Sequence record: MW812343.1
DNA length: 64,000 nt
Reading direction: 5' to 3' (one strand)
In this document: positions 56,482-64,000 of the stretch, piece after piece
Numbering within the stretch: the stretch's first letter is position 1
Layout of the letters: every line of letters starts with the position of its first letter
Made by a program: the position numbers and the translations under genes
Notes under the pieces: model-generated
What the model was told of the DNA's origin: nothing
What the model saw: only the letters and a program-made list of their open reading frames with translations
Databases searched by the model: none

Positions 56482-56703
56482 ATGCGCAACTTATTCACTA
56501 CTAACAAAGCTATCGTTGAAACCACCAAGCCAGCTGGCAAGAAAGAAGATATGCTCGACCTGCTGCTGAAATTGAAAGGCGATGAGCTGTCCGCGGTTAT
56601 GGCTGAGATGAAAAAAGGTGACCCTATGGTCAACAAAATCGACGCAGTCTACGACCGTAAGTCTGATGGCAAAATGAAAAGCACCATGCTCTTCATGTGC
56701 TAA
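56482..56703 (+). CDS. small early protein
   Basis: GGAG SD. Confidence 0.7.
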   Translation: MRNLFTTNKAIVETTKPAGKKEDMLDLLLKLKGDELSAVMAEMKKGDPMVNKIDAVYDRKSDGKMKSTMLFMC

Positions 56704-56717
56704 GGATAAATGATGCG

Positions 56718-56786
56718 ACAACCAATACGCTGACTCTCGGGAAACCGAGAGTCAGCTGTGGGAAACGTGTCATTTATTTTTTTTTG
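56718..56786 (+). terminator. nested stem-loop terminator / structured RNA
   Basis: GCTGACTCTCGG-GAAA-CCGAGAGTCAGC inside AAATGATGCG/CGTGTCATTT, then T run. Confidence 0.7.
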
Positions 56787-56835
56787 ATCGGAGGGGGCGG
56801 TATCACTGATTGGCATCTTTCGATTGAGTGACCCA

Positions 56836-56856
56836 ACAAACCGCACCTTTATTATG
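56836..56856 (+). promoter_or_regulatory. ACA-N14-TATG promoter candidate for the paralog array
   Basis: ACA-AACCGCACCTTTAT-TATG. Confidence 0.55.
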
Positions 56857-56922
56857 CTGGCAGGGGGTCTACGTTATTGCGGTAACGCGGGCCTTTGTAA
56901 ACCTTACAACCGAGTTAACGCG

Positions 56923-57717
56923 ATGTCTTTTAAATCCAAACAGAATCTGCTAAAACTCATCAACAAAGAGAACAAAATCTCTCCGGAGCTGACGTTCGAC
57001 GATGTTGATATCTCTCTGCCGGAGGTGGTTTCAGTCGACGGTCGTGACTCGAGGGTAATTCTGACCTCGAAGTTATCGGGCGACAAGGGTGAGCAGATGG
57101 AGGTGTTTTATCACCGCCGTGACTTACCTGACTACATACTGGGCGATGTGACGTTCGATAGAGAAGATGTGTATACCACACATGACTTTATTCCTGCGCT
57201 CAATCAACGCTACGGCTTGAATCTGCTTCCGGACGACTTGGAAGATTTGCCCGTGTCAGGGAGTGCGCATACTGTTATTGCAGAAGCGCTTTCCCACGAA
57301 TGGCGTGGACAGGTCACCCTTAAAATCGTCGTTGGGGTGCCGTTAGCCGATGTGATACCAAATACGCAGTTGGATGGTTTGCTTTACCCTGACCACCAAG
57401 ACGTGAGTGTGGGTCAAGCCTCACTCTACTCGTATGACGTTGATGCATCTTCGCTTAAATCGTGGATACCTGCTTTACAGGCTGGCAACGCCGACATGGC
57501 CGCTTTTGCGAAAGCGTTCTCTCAGTGTGTGCCTGAATTGTGGGTAGGGACAAACGATAAGGTGCCTTACAACCTTCAACAGGCGGCTTACTTGTATTAT
57601 AAAGAAACCGCCAAAGTGGCAGGGGCTAACCCGGCGTTTGATTACGTCTTAGGGTTGGAACTGAGCCCACTGTGTACCAACTTCCAAGGTACGCTGAACC
57701 TGTACTTTAACAACTAG
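56923..57717 (+). CDS. virion structural paralog 1 (tail/baseplate-associated family)
   Basis: L..IN..N, Y.R..L, LN..YGL, W.G, LDGL.YP, GQA..YSY.D. Confidence 0.75.
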   Translation: MSFKSKQNLLKLINKENKISPELTFDDVDISLPEVVSVDGRDSRVILTSKLSGDKGEQMEVFYHRRDLPDYILGDVTFDREDVYTTHDFIPALNQRYGLNLLPDDLEDLPVSGSAHTVIAEALSHEWRGQVTLKIVVGVPLADVIPNTQLDGLLYPDHQDVSVGQASLYSYDVDASSLKSWIPALQAGNADMAAFAKAFSQCVPELWVGTNDKVPYNLQQAAYLYYKETAKVAGANPAFDYVLGLELSPLCTNFQGTLNLYFNN

Positions 57718-57726
57718 GGGGTATAA

Positions 57727-58572
57727 GTGTCTATCTACGATAAACCCTCACGGGAAATGTTGTTAGAGGCGATTAATTGCGATAACGGATTATTGGGGGC
57801 GAAAGCCCTGACGTGGAACCAGATAGCTTCTGGCTTCCCAGAACCGATACAATCGGAAGGGGCGCTACGGAATACACGCGTCCTGCTCTATGGATTGAAT
57901 GGACAAGGGTATAAAGGTAACGTTACAATCGAATACGACCGTATCGATATGCCGACCTTGTTCCGAGGTGTGGTACCAGTCGTTATCACTGACCCGGTAG
58001 GGAAACTCTCCGAGCTGCTCCCGTTCTTAAACGAGCGTTATGGCCTTTCACTGATTGCAGACGATATCGTTGACCAGAGCGTCAAAGATTTGGGCGACAG
58101 CTGGGTACTGGACGTGGAAGTGAAGTCCGGCTGCTTGGCATGGCAGGGTGGGTTCACGCTTCGTTTTGCGAAGTACATTCCGAACCTGAAAGATGTGGTA
58201 ACCGACGTTGACCTGAGCGTGATTATCGCCCCGTTCACCCTCGGGGCGAAACCACAGGCCGAATACGTTGCGTACGGATACGACTGGACAGAGATTAGTG
58301 AAACGTTAACCAAGACGTGGGCGTATAATCGTCAGCTGACCGCAGCGGATGTAGATACCCTCAACGAAGTGGTGCCGTTAAACTTTGTCTTTGCACCGGG
58401 TGCCAGTGTGAAGCCGGGTCAAATCGGGCTGTTTGGTGCTGTGTATAAAGGGTTGGTGACGCCCACTGGAAAAGACATGTACGACAACGCCTACGCGAGA
58501 GTCGGCATTATCCAGCTGGACACCGACAGCAACTATACCGGCAAACTCATCCTTCACTTCCAACCGGTATAA
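57727..58572 (+). CDS. virion structural paralog 2
   Basis: Same motifs; GTG start. Confidence 0.75.
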   Translation: MSIYDKPSREMLLEAINCDNGLLGAKALTWNQIASGFPEPIQSEGALRNTRVLLYGLNGQGYKGNVTIEYDRIDMPTLFRGVVPVVITDPVGKLSELLPFLNERYGLSLIADDIVDQSVKDLGDSWVLDVEVKSGCLAWQGGFTLRFAKYIPNLKDVVTDVDLSVIIAPFTLGAKPQAEYVAYGYDWTEISETLTKTWAYNRQLTAADVDTLNEVVPLNFVFAPGASVKPGQIGLFGAVYKGLVTPTGKDMYDNAYARVGIIQLDTDSNYTGKLILHFQPV

Positions 58573-58581
58573 GGATGCCAC

Positions 58582-59436
58582 ATGCCTATTTTAGCCACTG
58601 CTGAAAAGCTCATTCTGGCTGAGCTTAACGTCGAGAACAAACTCGACCTGAAAGAAACCGACGTCACCTTTGGGGTGCCCCAGATTCCAACGGAACCCGA
58701 AGATGTGACGTTAGCCAACGGACACAACGCGATGGTGCGCGTTACCGCGACGCCTCTTGCGAATGCGTTGGGTTACACCACGGTGTTTTACGACCGCCTA
58801 GCATTCGATGAGATGTTTACGGATGTGGACGGTGTGCAGCCGCTGGTTGTCCCTGCCCGTTTGGACTCCGTCTTTACTTCCCACGATATCGTCCCGCTGA
58901 TTAACCAGTTTTACGGGTTACAGCTGCGGGTAACGGATGTGGTGAGTACCGATATCAATCGCAGTACATGGATTGTTAGATTGGTTGCCCATCCTGATTC
59001 GTTAGGATGGATTGGGGAACTGAATGTGAAGTTAGTGCCGGGTGATGCACTCATTCCCAGTAACTTCGACCCCGATACACTGAACCCGTATGCTTACCCG
59101 TATTTCAACACCAAAGTCGGACAAGCCTCGGTGTACAGTTATCCATGGCGATTTGATGACTATGCCGCGGAGTTACGCAGCTTCGGTATTAACACGACTG
59201 ATGCGTTCCTTACCCGCATGGGCCAAATCATGAAGACCGTCACCGGCGATGGATGGATGGTCTACCGTAACCCGTTAGACTATAACCTGAAGGAAGCAAC
59301 GATTGTCTATAATGGCAAGAACAATGCTGCCTATCCAACCAATCCGTCGTACGACAATGTGTTGGTCATCGAAGTCTCGTTGTACTGTCTCAATCTCGGT
59401 GGGCGTCTGTACATTCACTACAACGACCCTGAATAA
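58582..59436 (+). CDS. virion structural paralog 3
   Basis: Same motifs. Confidence 0.75.
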   Translation: MPILATAEKLILAELNVENKLDLKETDVTFGVPQIPTEPEDVTLANGHNAMVRVTATPLANALGYTTVFYDRLAFDEMFTDVDGVQPLVVPARLDSVFTSHDIVPLINQFYGLQLRVTDVVSTDINRSTWIVRLVAHPDSLGWIGELNVKLVPGDALIPSNFDPDTLNPYAYPYFNTKVGQASVYSYPWRFDDYAAELRSFGINTTDAFLTRMGQIMKTVTGDGWMVYRNPLDYNLKEATIVYNGKNNAAYPTNPSYDNVLVIEVSLYCLNLGGRLYIHYNDPE

Positions 59437-59456
59437 TCCCGCTAAAGGAAGTTAGA

Positions 59457-60371
59457 ATGATACCTTTAAACAAAACCTCCGACGTGCTGGTTCTGGACCT
59501 CATCAACGAGAAGAACACTGGCGCTAATCTGGAACTGACGAAAGTTATTCTGGATACCCCATCCGTCAACGAAGGTGCAGACAAAGACGATCGTAACACC
59601 CGCATGACTGTGAAAGCCCGTAAAAACTCTGGCTACATCGGTACGCAGGATGTGACTTACGACCGCCTGATTGGTGAGAAGCTGTTCCTGAACGTGACTG
59701 CGTATCTGGACGTGAAAACACCGAAAACCACCACTGACCTGCTGAGCAAGCTGAACGAACAGTACGGTCTGAAAATCACCGAAGATGACATCATCGCGGC
59801 GTCTATCCCGGACGGTACTAACCCACCACTGACCGACCCAGACGATCCAGATCCAATCCCGGTCGACCATATCGTCCAGTTCAAAGACGAGTGCTACGCA
59901 TTCCTCGGCAGCATCCCGGTAAAAATCGGTGCGAAACCACAAGTCGGTGAACGCCTGAGTCTGGTCATTACCCAAACTCAGCTGGATGGCCTGAAGTACC
60001 CAGACACCCCGCAGGATGGCAAAGGTCAGGCGTACATCTACTCCTACGGCGTAGACTGCTCACCAATCGCCAAGTTCCTGAACGCGCAGGCGTCGGGTGT
60101 GCTGGCAAACGACACCGCGTTTGCAGTTGAGCTGAACAAAGTCGTTCCAGAGCTGTGGATTTCAGAAGATGCGCTGAAAGACTACAACCTGAAAGGCGGC
60201 GACGTGAAATACGTTGGCCCAACTGACGACGACGGTACCGCGACTGGTAGCGATCCAAAAGTACCGGTTGCTGGCGCGAACCAGAACTACAGCCACGTCA
60301 TGCTGTTGGAACTGGATGACACCAAATGCTCTAACTTCACGGGCACCATGTACCTGCACTTCAACGCCTAA
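59457..60371 (+). CDS. virion structural paralog 4
   Basis: Same motifs; MCP-like codon bias; Pro/Asp insert. Confidence 0.78.
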   Translation: MIPLNKTSDVLVLDLINEKNTGANLELTKVILDTPSVNEGADKDDRNTRMTVKARKNSGYIGTQDVTYDRLIGEKLFLNVTAYLDVKTPKTTTDLLSKLNEQYGLKITEDDIIAASIPDGTNPPLTDPDDPDPIPVDHIVQFKDECYAFLGSIPVKIGAKPQVGERLSLVITQTQLDGLKYPDTPQDGKGQAYIYSYGVDCSPIAKFLNAQASGVLANDTAFAVELNKVVPELWISEDALKDYNLKGGDVKYVGPTDDDGTATGSDPKVPVAGANQNYSHVMLLELDDTKCSNFTGTMYLHFNA

Positions 60372-60377
60372 CGGCAC

Positions 60378-60421
60378 GCTGGGAGGAGGCTATTCCTCCT
60401 CCTGGCTCCGTTTTCTTTTTT
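60378..60421 (+). terminator. terminator inside the array
   Basis: GCTGGGAGGAGG-CTATT-CCTCCTCCTGGC + T tract. Confidence 0.75.
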
Positions 60422-60440
60422 ATCTGCCGAGGAGTCTGAT

Positions 60441-61280
60441 ATGGCGATTTATGGTCAGCCTCAGCGACAATATCTGTACGATGCGATTAACGCGGAGAAC
60501 CCTGGTGCTATCAGCCCAGCGAGTTTTGCGAACTCTTTGATTGGAGTCCCGCGAGCCATTACACCGTCAGTGAAAGGTGGAGCCAATACCGAGGTGACCC
60601 TGAGGGGTCGTCAAGGTCGTGGTTATGTTGGCGGGCAAACCTACCGCTACACGCGCCTGTCGTTGAACGACTTGTTCAAAAATATCGTACCGAAGGTCAC
60701 GTCCCCTAACGCATACGGGTATTTAAACACGGATGCGAAGAAGTTGGCGTTTGTTCAAAACGTTAACGCACGCTACGGGTTAAACCTCGAGCCGGACGAC
60801 ATTCCTGATGTGTACGTATGGTTGAACCAAAAGAACACCGTGAATGTAGTGGCGGGCTGCATCCAATATACCGGCGGCATCACGTTTGAATCCGTTAAAG
60901 GTAAGAACAGTCTGGAAGAAGGTATTCTGGATGATGTTCTCGATGAGATGAATCACCCTATCCCTGCCAAAGACGGTAAGCTGTGTGCGACCTTACTGAG
61001 CTATGGGTTTGACTTTACAGACGAGCCACAGGTCATGCAGGCGTTTGTGAATGGGCGTATGGATGTGGGGGCGAACTTCACCAGTGGGGCATCGGATAAC
61101 CTGATTACGTTGCTGGCCAGTCGTGGACTCCCGTCATTCGATTATACGAAAGCCACGATTAAACGTCTAAAAACAACGGCCGAAAGCCGTGCGAATACAG
61201 CTTACGATAACGTGCTCGTTATCACTGGCTACACCGACGGTTCTGTGGGTGGCGATTGGCTGCTACACTACAACAACTAG
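60441..61280 (+). CDS. virion structural paralog 5
   Basis: Same motifs. Confidence 0.75.
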   Translation: MAIYGQPQRQYLYDAINAENPGAISPASFANSLIGVPRAITPSVKGGANTEVTLRGRQGRGYVGGQTYRYTRLSLNDLFKNIVPKVTSPNAYGYLNTDAKKLAFVQNVNARYGLNLEPDDIPDVYVWLNQKNTVNVVAGCIQYTGGITFESVKGKNSLEEGILDDVLDEMNHPIPAKDGKLCATLLSYGFDFTDEPQVMQAFVNGRMDVGANFTSGASDNLITLLASRGLPSFDYTKATIKRLKTTAESRANTAYDNVLVITGYTDGSVGGDWLLHYNN

Positions 61281-61289
61281 GAATAAATC

Positions 61290-62177
61290 ATGGCAATCTA
61301 TCAACCCTCTAAGGATCTTCTGCTGGCGGCTATCAACGCGCAGAACTCCATTAAGGTGAAAGCCACTGACATTGTGTACAGTGCGCCAAAAGACATCAGT
61401 GGGACCGACAAAGGTATCACCACCAAGCGTAATACGCAGGTCAAAGTGACTGCGGATGGTGTGGTGGGTTCAACTTGGTCGGGTAAGAAGAACGTGTATT
61501 ACAACCGTCGCAATCTGGCGGACCTGTTAGTGCTGCTGGGCGATTCCATCTATATCGGTCCGTCTAACAAAACGCTGTTTGCGGCAATCGCTGCACTGAA
61601 CCTGCGTTACGGCTTCGTGTTCGAAGAAGCGGACTTCGTGGATGCTCCGATTGAGTGGAACGACGCCGTGACCGAAGGTACGGTACGGATTCGTGCAAAC
61701 GCGAACTCCTACGGCTGGTACGGTCAGGTAGATTTCAAAGTGCTGAAAGGCGATGAATCTCTGCCGTCGAAAGTCTCCACCAACGTGCTGTCCGGTCTGA
61801 AATACCCGAACGGTCAAATGGGTTCCGAAACGGTATCCGCAACCATGGCGGAAGTGTACTCGTATCCGTTCGACTTCACCCAGTCGCACGATGCGCTTAT
61901 CGCGCTGCCAATTGGTGTGGCCACCGGCGATACTCTGTCTTCGCTCGTGAACATCATGAACGCGGTAACGGGCGGTTCGTGGGATACCACCAACGCCGCG
62001 ACGTGGGGTCTGTCTGGTGCCGAGATTCTGTCTATCGGCGCGAACGATGCGACCACCATGCCGACCAACGGCAAGTACCAGAAAGTGTTGAGGCTGAAAA
62101 TGCCTGCTACCAACACAGCGGTCGTAGGTACCATGTATCTGCAATTCAATAAACCTGATGACCCGAACGAGGTGTAA
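61290..62177 (+). CDS. virion structural paralog 6
   Basis: Same motifs. Confidence 0.75.
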   Translation: MAIYQPSKDLLLAAINAQNSIKVKATDIVYSAPKDISGTDKGITTKRNTQVKVTADGVVGSTWSGKKNVYYNRRNLADLLVLLGDSIYIGPSNKTLFAAIAALNLRYGFVFEEADFVDAPIEWNDAVTEGTVRIRANANSYGWYGQVDFKVLKGDESLPSKVSTNVLSGLKYPNGQMGSETVSATMAEVYSYPFDFTQSHDALIALPIGVATGDTLSSLVNIMNAVTGGSWDTTNAATWGLSGAEILSIGANDATTMPTNGKYQKVLRLKMPATNTAVVGTMYLQFNKPDDPNEV

Positions 62178-62180
62178 TCC

Positions 62181-63023
62181 ATGTCACTGAACTATGGTAA
62201 AATCTCTGACCTTCTGGTTTTTGATTTGATTAACCGCGACAACCCGAATCTGCCGTACCCTATCGATGCGAGCAACGTTATCATCGAGAAGATTACGCAG
62301 GTGACGCCGAACGCGGCAAACAACAACCGTAACACCTCTGCCCGTTTACGCGGGCAGCAGCAAGCCGGTTTCCGCGATACCATTACCCTGTATTACGACC
62401 GTATCAACATCGATCGTATTCTGCCGTGGTGGAAACTTGGTAGTACCACGCGTGTTGCGACCGCTATCACCAACTTCACTGCGGCGTCTATACACGAGTT
62501 GCTGCCTTCGTTCCTGGATAAATACGGGATTAACCTCCAGCCGAAGGACATCCAGAACGGCAGCTTGCCGTACGTGAGCCAACCGAATCAGGCGTATGGC
62601 TACAACATCAACATCCTTGCGACTTCGCCAGCCTACATGGGGACGTCGACAGGATACCTGAAACGTGGATTGCCTGTACTGGATACGTCGATTGTGGTTG
62701 ATACCTTATCGGAGCTGAATCACCCGATTGCGGTCACCAATCAGAAGTGTGTGGATTTACACACCTTCGGTATCGACTTTACGGCGTACAAAAACCTGTT
62801 GAACGTCACCTCGGCTGGACTGCCGAACTGGGATGGTCTGCGTGCAGTATTGGACTCGTTAGGTGTTCCGACGTATTCTGCGCCGCTGAACAGCAACTAT
62901 GTGTCTGATGTGGCAACCAGCTCAGCGCAGTTTGCGAATAAGGACTTTGACCGCGTGGTGATACAAACCGGTATCGATGAAACCGGTGCGAAGGGTGTCG
63001 CTTACTACCACTATAACAGCTAA
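62181..63023 (+). CDS. virion structural paralog 7
   Basis: Same motifs. Confidence 0.75.
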   Translation: MSLNYGKISDLLVFDLINRDNPNLPYPIDASNVIIEKITQVTPNAANNNRNTSARLRGQQQAGFRDTITLYYDRINIDRILPWWKLGSTTRVATAITNFTAASIHELLPSFLDKYGINLQPKDIQNGSLPYVSQPNQAYGYNINILATSPAYMGTSTGYLKRGLPVLDTSIVVDTLSELNHPIAVTNQKCVDLHTFGIDFTAYKNLLNVTSAGLPNWDGLRAVLDSLGVPTYSAPLNSNYVSDVATSSAQFANKDFDRVVIQTGIDETGAKGVAYYHYNS

Positions 63024-63028
63024 AACGG

Positions 63029-63055
63029 AAGGGCCGCTTGGCCCTTCTTTTTTTG
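63029..63055 (+). terminator. intrinsic terminator
   Basis: AAGGGCC-GCTT-GGCCCTT + T run. Confidence 0.85.
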
Positions 63056-63080
63056 TTCGCGGTGGTCTTTAGGAGTCCTT

Positions 63081-64000
63081 ATGCAATTTTATTCCGAAGC
63101 GGCACTACAGCTTATTTATCGGCAGGTGAACCGCGACAATCCAACGTTACCCGTTCCAGTCAGTAAAGATACCGTGGCGTTATTCGGTACGGTGAAAGCG
63201 GCTAACAGCCAAGGGCGTAATAGCACGGTAACGGTCGTGGGGATTCCGGGAAAGGGGTACTACGGGAAATCGGTGCTGTACTTCGATCGTGTCCAATTAC
63301 CGTACATGTTCTTCTCGACCCTTCGTCCGTTGATTTATTTGCCAAAAACCGTTACCAAGGTGAGTGATGCGTTACCGTACATCAACGAGGCGTTAGGATT
63401 AACCCTGACGGTAGAAGACCTCGCTAGTCCGAACGTTGCTATCACCCCCACCGCCACAAAGACGGATGTCTCCATCGGGATTGCGAGCACCTCAGCCGGT
63501 TTTCTCGGCCCTCTTCATTTCAGTTACCAACTTGAACGGGGTACGTATTACGGATGGTCTGGACCAGGGCCAAAATATTTACTCTTAGGTGATGAGAACT
63601 TTGGATATTTCGGCAAAGTCGACGCCACGGAGATGTACACGAACCTCGAGTTGTGGAACCTGACGTTTGCAGGAAAAGGAACCACGGCAACCCGTCAACT
63701 GTTCTTAGAAGGCTGGTTTAAGTTCTTCTACAAGGGCAGCGTGATATTCATGCCACAGGGTCCGGTAGCAAGCAGTATGAGTTGGAACGACCTGTACAAT
63801 CTCGGGTTCATGTACGGGATTGATGGTGTGGGTAAGTACCCGACGGCTACCCCCGTCAGTCAGTACAAACAGCTTACGTTGAAGAAAGCCGGGAAAACAA
63901 CCTATTTCAAAATCAGGACACCTCGGGCGTCATTGACAGAACCGGATGCGTACTTTGTTGGCAGACCGGGACAGGGTAACTACGCGGGGTCTGAACTTGA
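63081..64000 (+). CDS. virion structural paralog 8, different C-terminal domain (3'-truncated; not in ORF track)
   Basis: AGGAG SD; MQFYSEAALQLIYRQVNRDN...RNS...GYYG...YFDR; SWNDLYNLGFMYG; open to the window end. Confidence 0.75.
   Translation, partial: MQFYSEAALQLIYRQVNRDNPTLPVPVSKDTVALFGTVKAANSQGRNSTVTVVGIPGKGYYGKSVLYFDRVQLPYMFFSTLRPLIYLPKTVTKVSDALPYINEALGLTLTVEDLASPNVAITPTATKTDVSIGIASTSAGFLGPLHFSYQLERGTYYGWSGPGPKYLLLGDENFGYFGKVDATEMYTNLELWNLTFAGKGTTATRQLFLEGWFKFFYKGSVIFMPQGPVASSMSWNDLYNLGFMYGIDGVGKYPTATPVSQYKQLTLKKAGKTTYFKIRTPRASLTEPDAYFVGRPGQGNYAGSEL

Noticed and set aside
1-64000. tRNA, rRNA, CRISPR, transposase, integrase, reverse transcriptase/DGR
   Set aside because: No cloverleaf, repeat-spacer array or diagnostic motifs recognised by eye; tRNAscan and CRISPR tools were not run

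Overview
A 64-kb, ~50% GC segment of a phiKZ-related (Chimalliviridae-type, SPN3US/Erwinia-phage-like) jumbo phage genome. It is almost fully coding and nearly all on the + strand; only the DnaB-like helicase and the portal are on the - strand. Core genes: DHFR, a virion-structural block, DnaB helicase / small gene / major capsid protein, the non-virion RNA polymerase beta N-terminal subunit, portal, a probable baseplate block and RuvC. The central accessory region holds several GNAT acetyltransferases, a SLOG protein, thymidylate kinase, an XRE regulator, Dam, an HslV-like Ntn protease, HslU, two apparently inactive prohead-protease paralogs, and a QueC-like enzyme overlapping a DUF488-like gene. 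The window ends in an array of 8 paralogous virion proteins, the last truncated. Regulatory grammar is readable: 8 copies of an early-promoter motif (AGATAKATATYAYC), 11 copies of a fixed-spacing RCR-N14-TRTG motif, and many cUUCGg terminators. No tRNA, rRNA, CRISPR array, integrase or transposase was recognised. The best candidates for undescribed systems are the HslUV/pseudo-protease locus, the tandem-GNAT/Dam operon and the QueC-like/DUF488 pair. All family assignments come from motif recognition by eye, not database searches.
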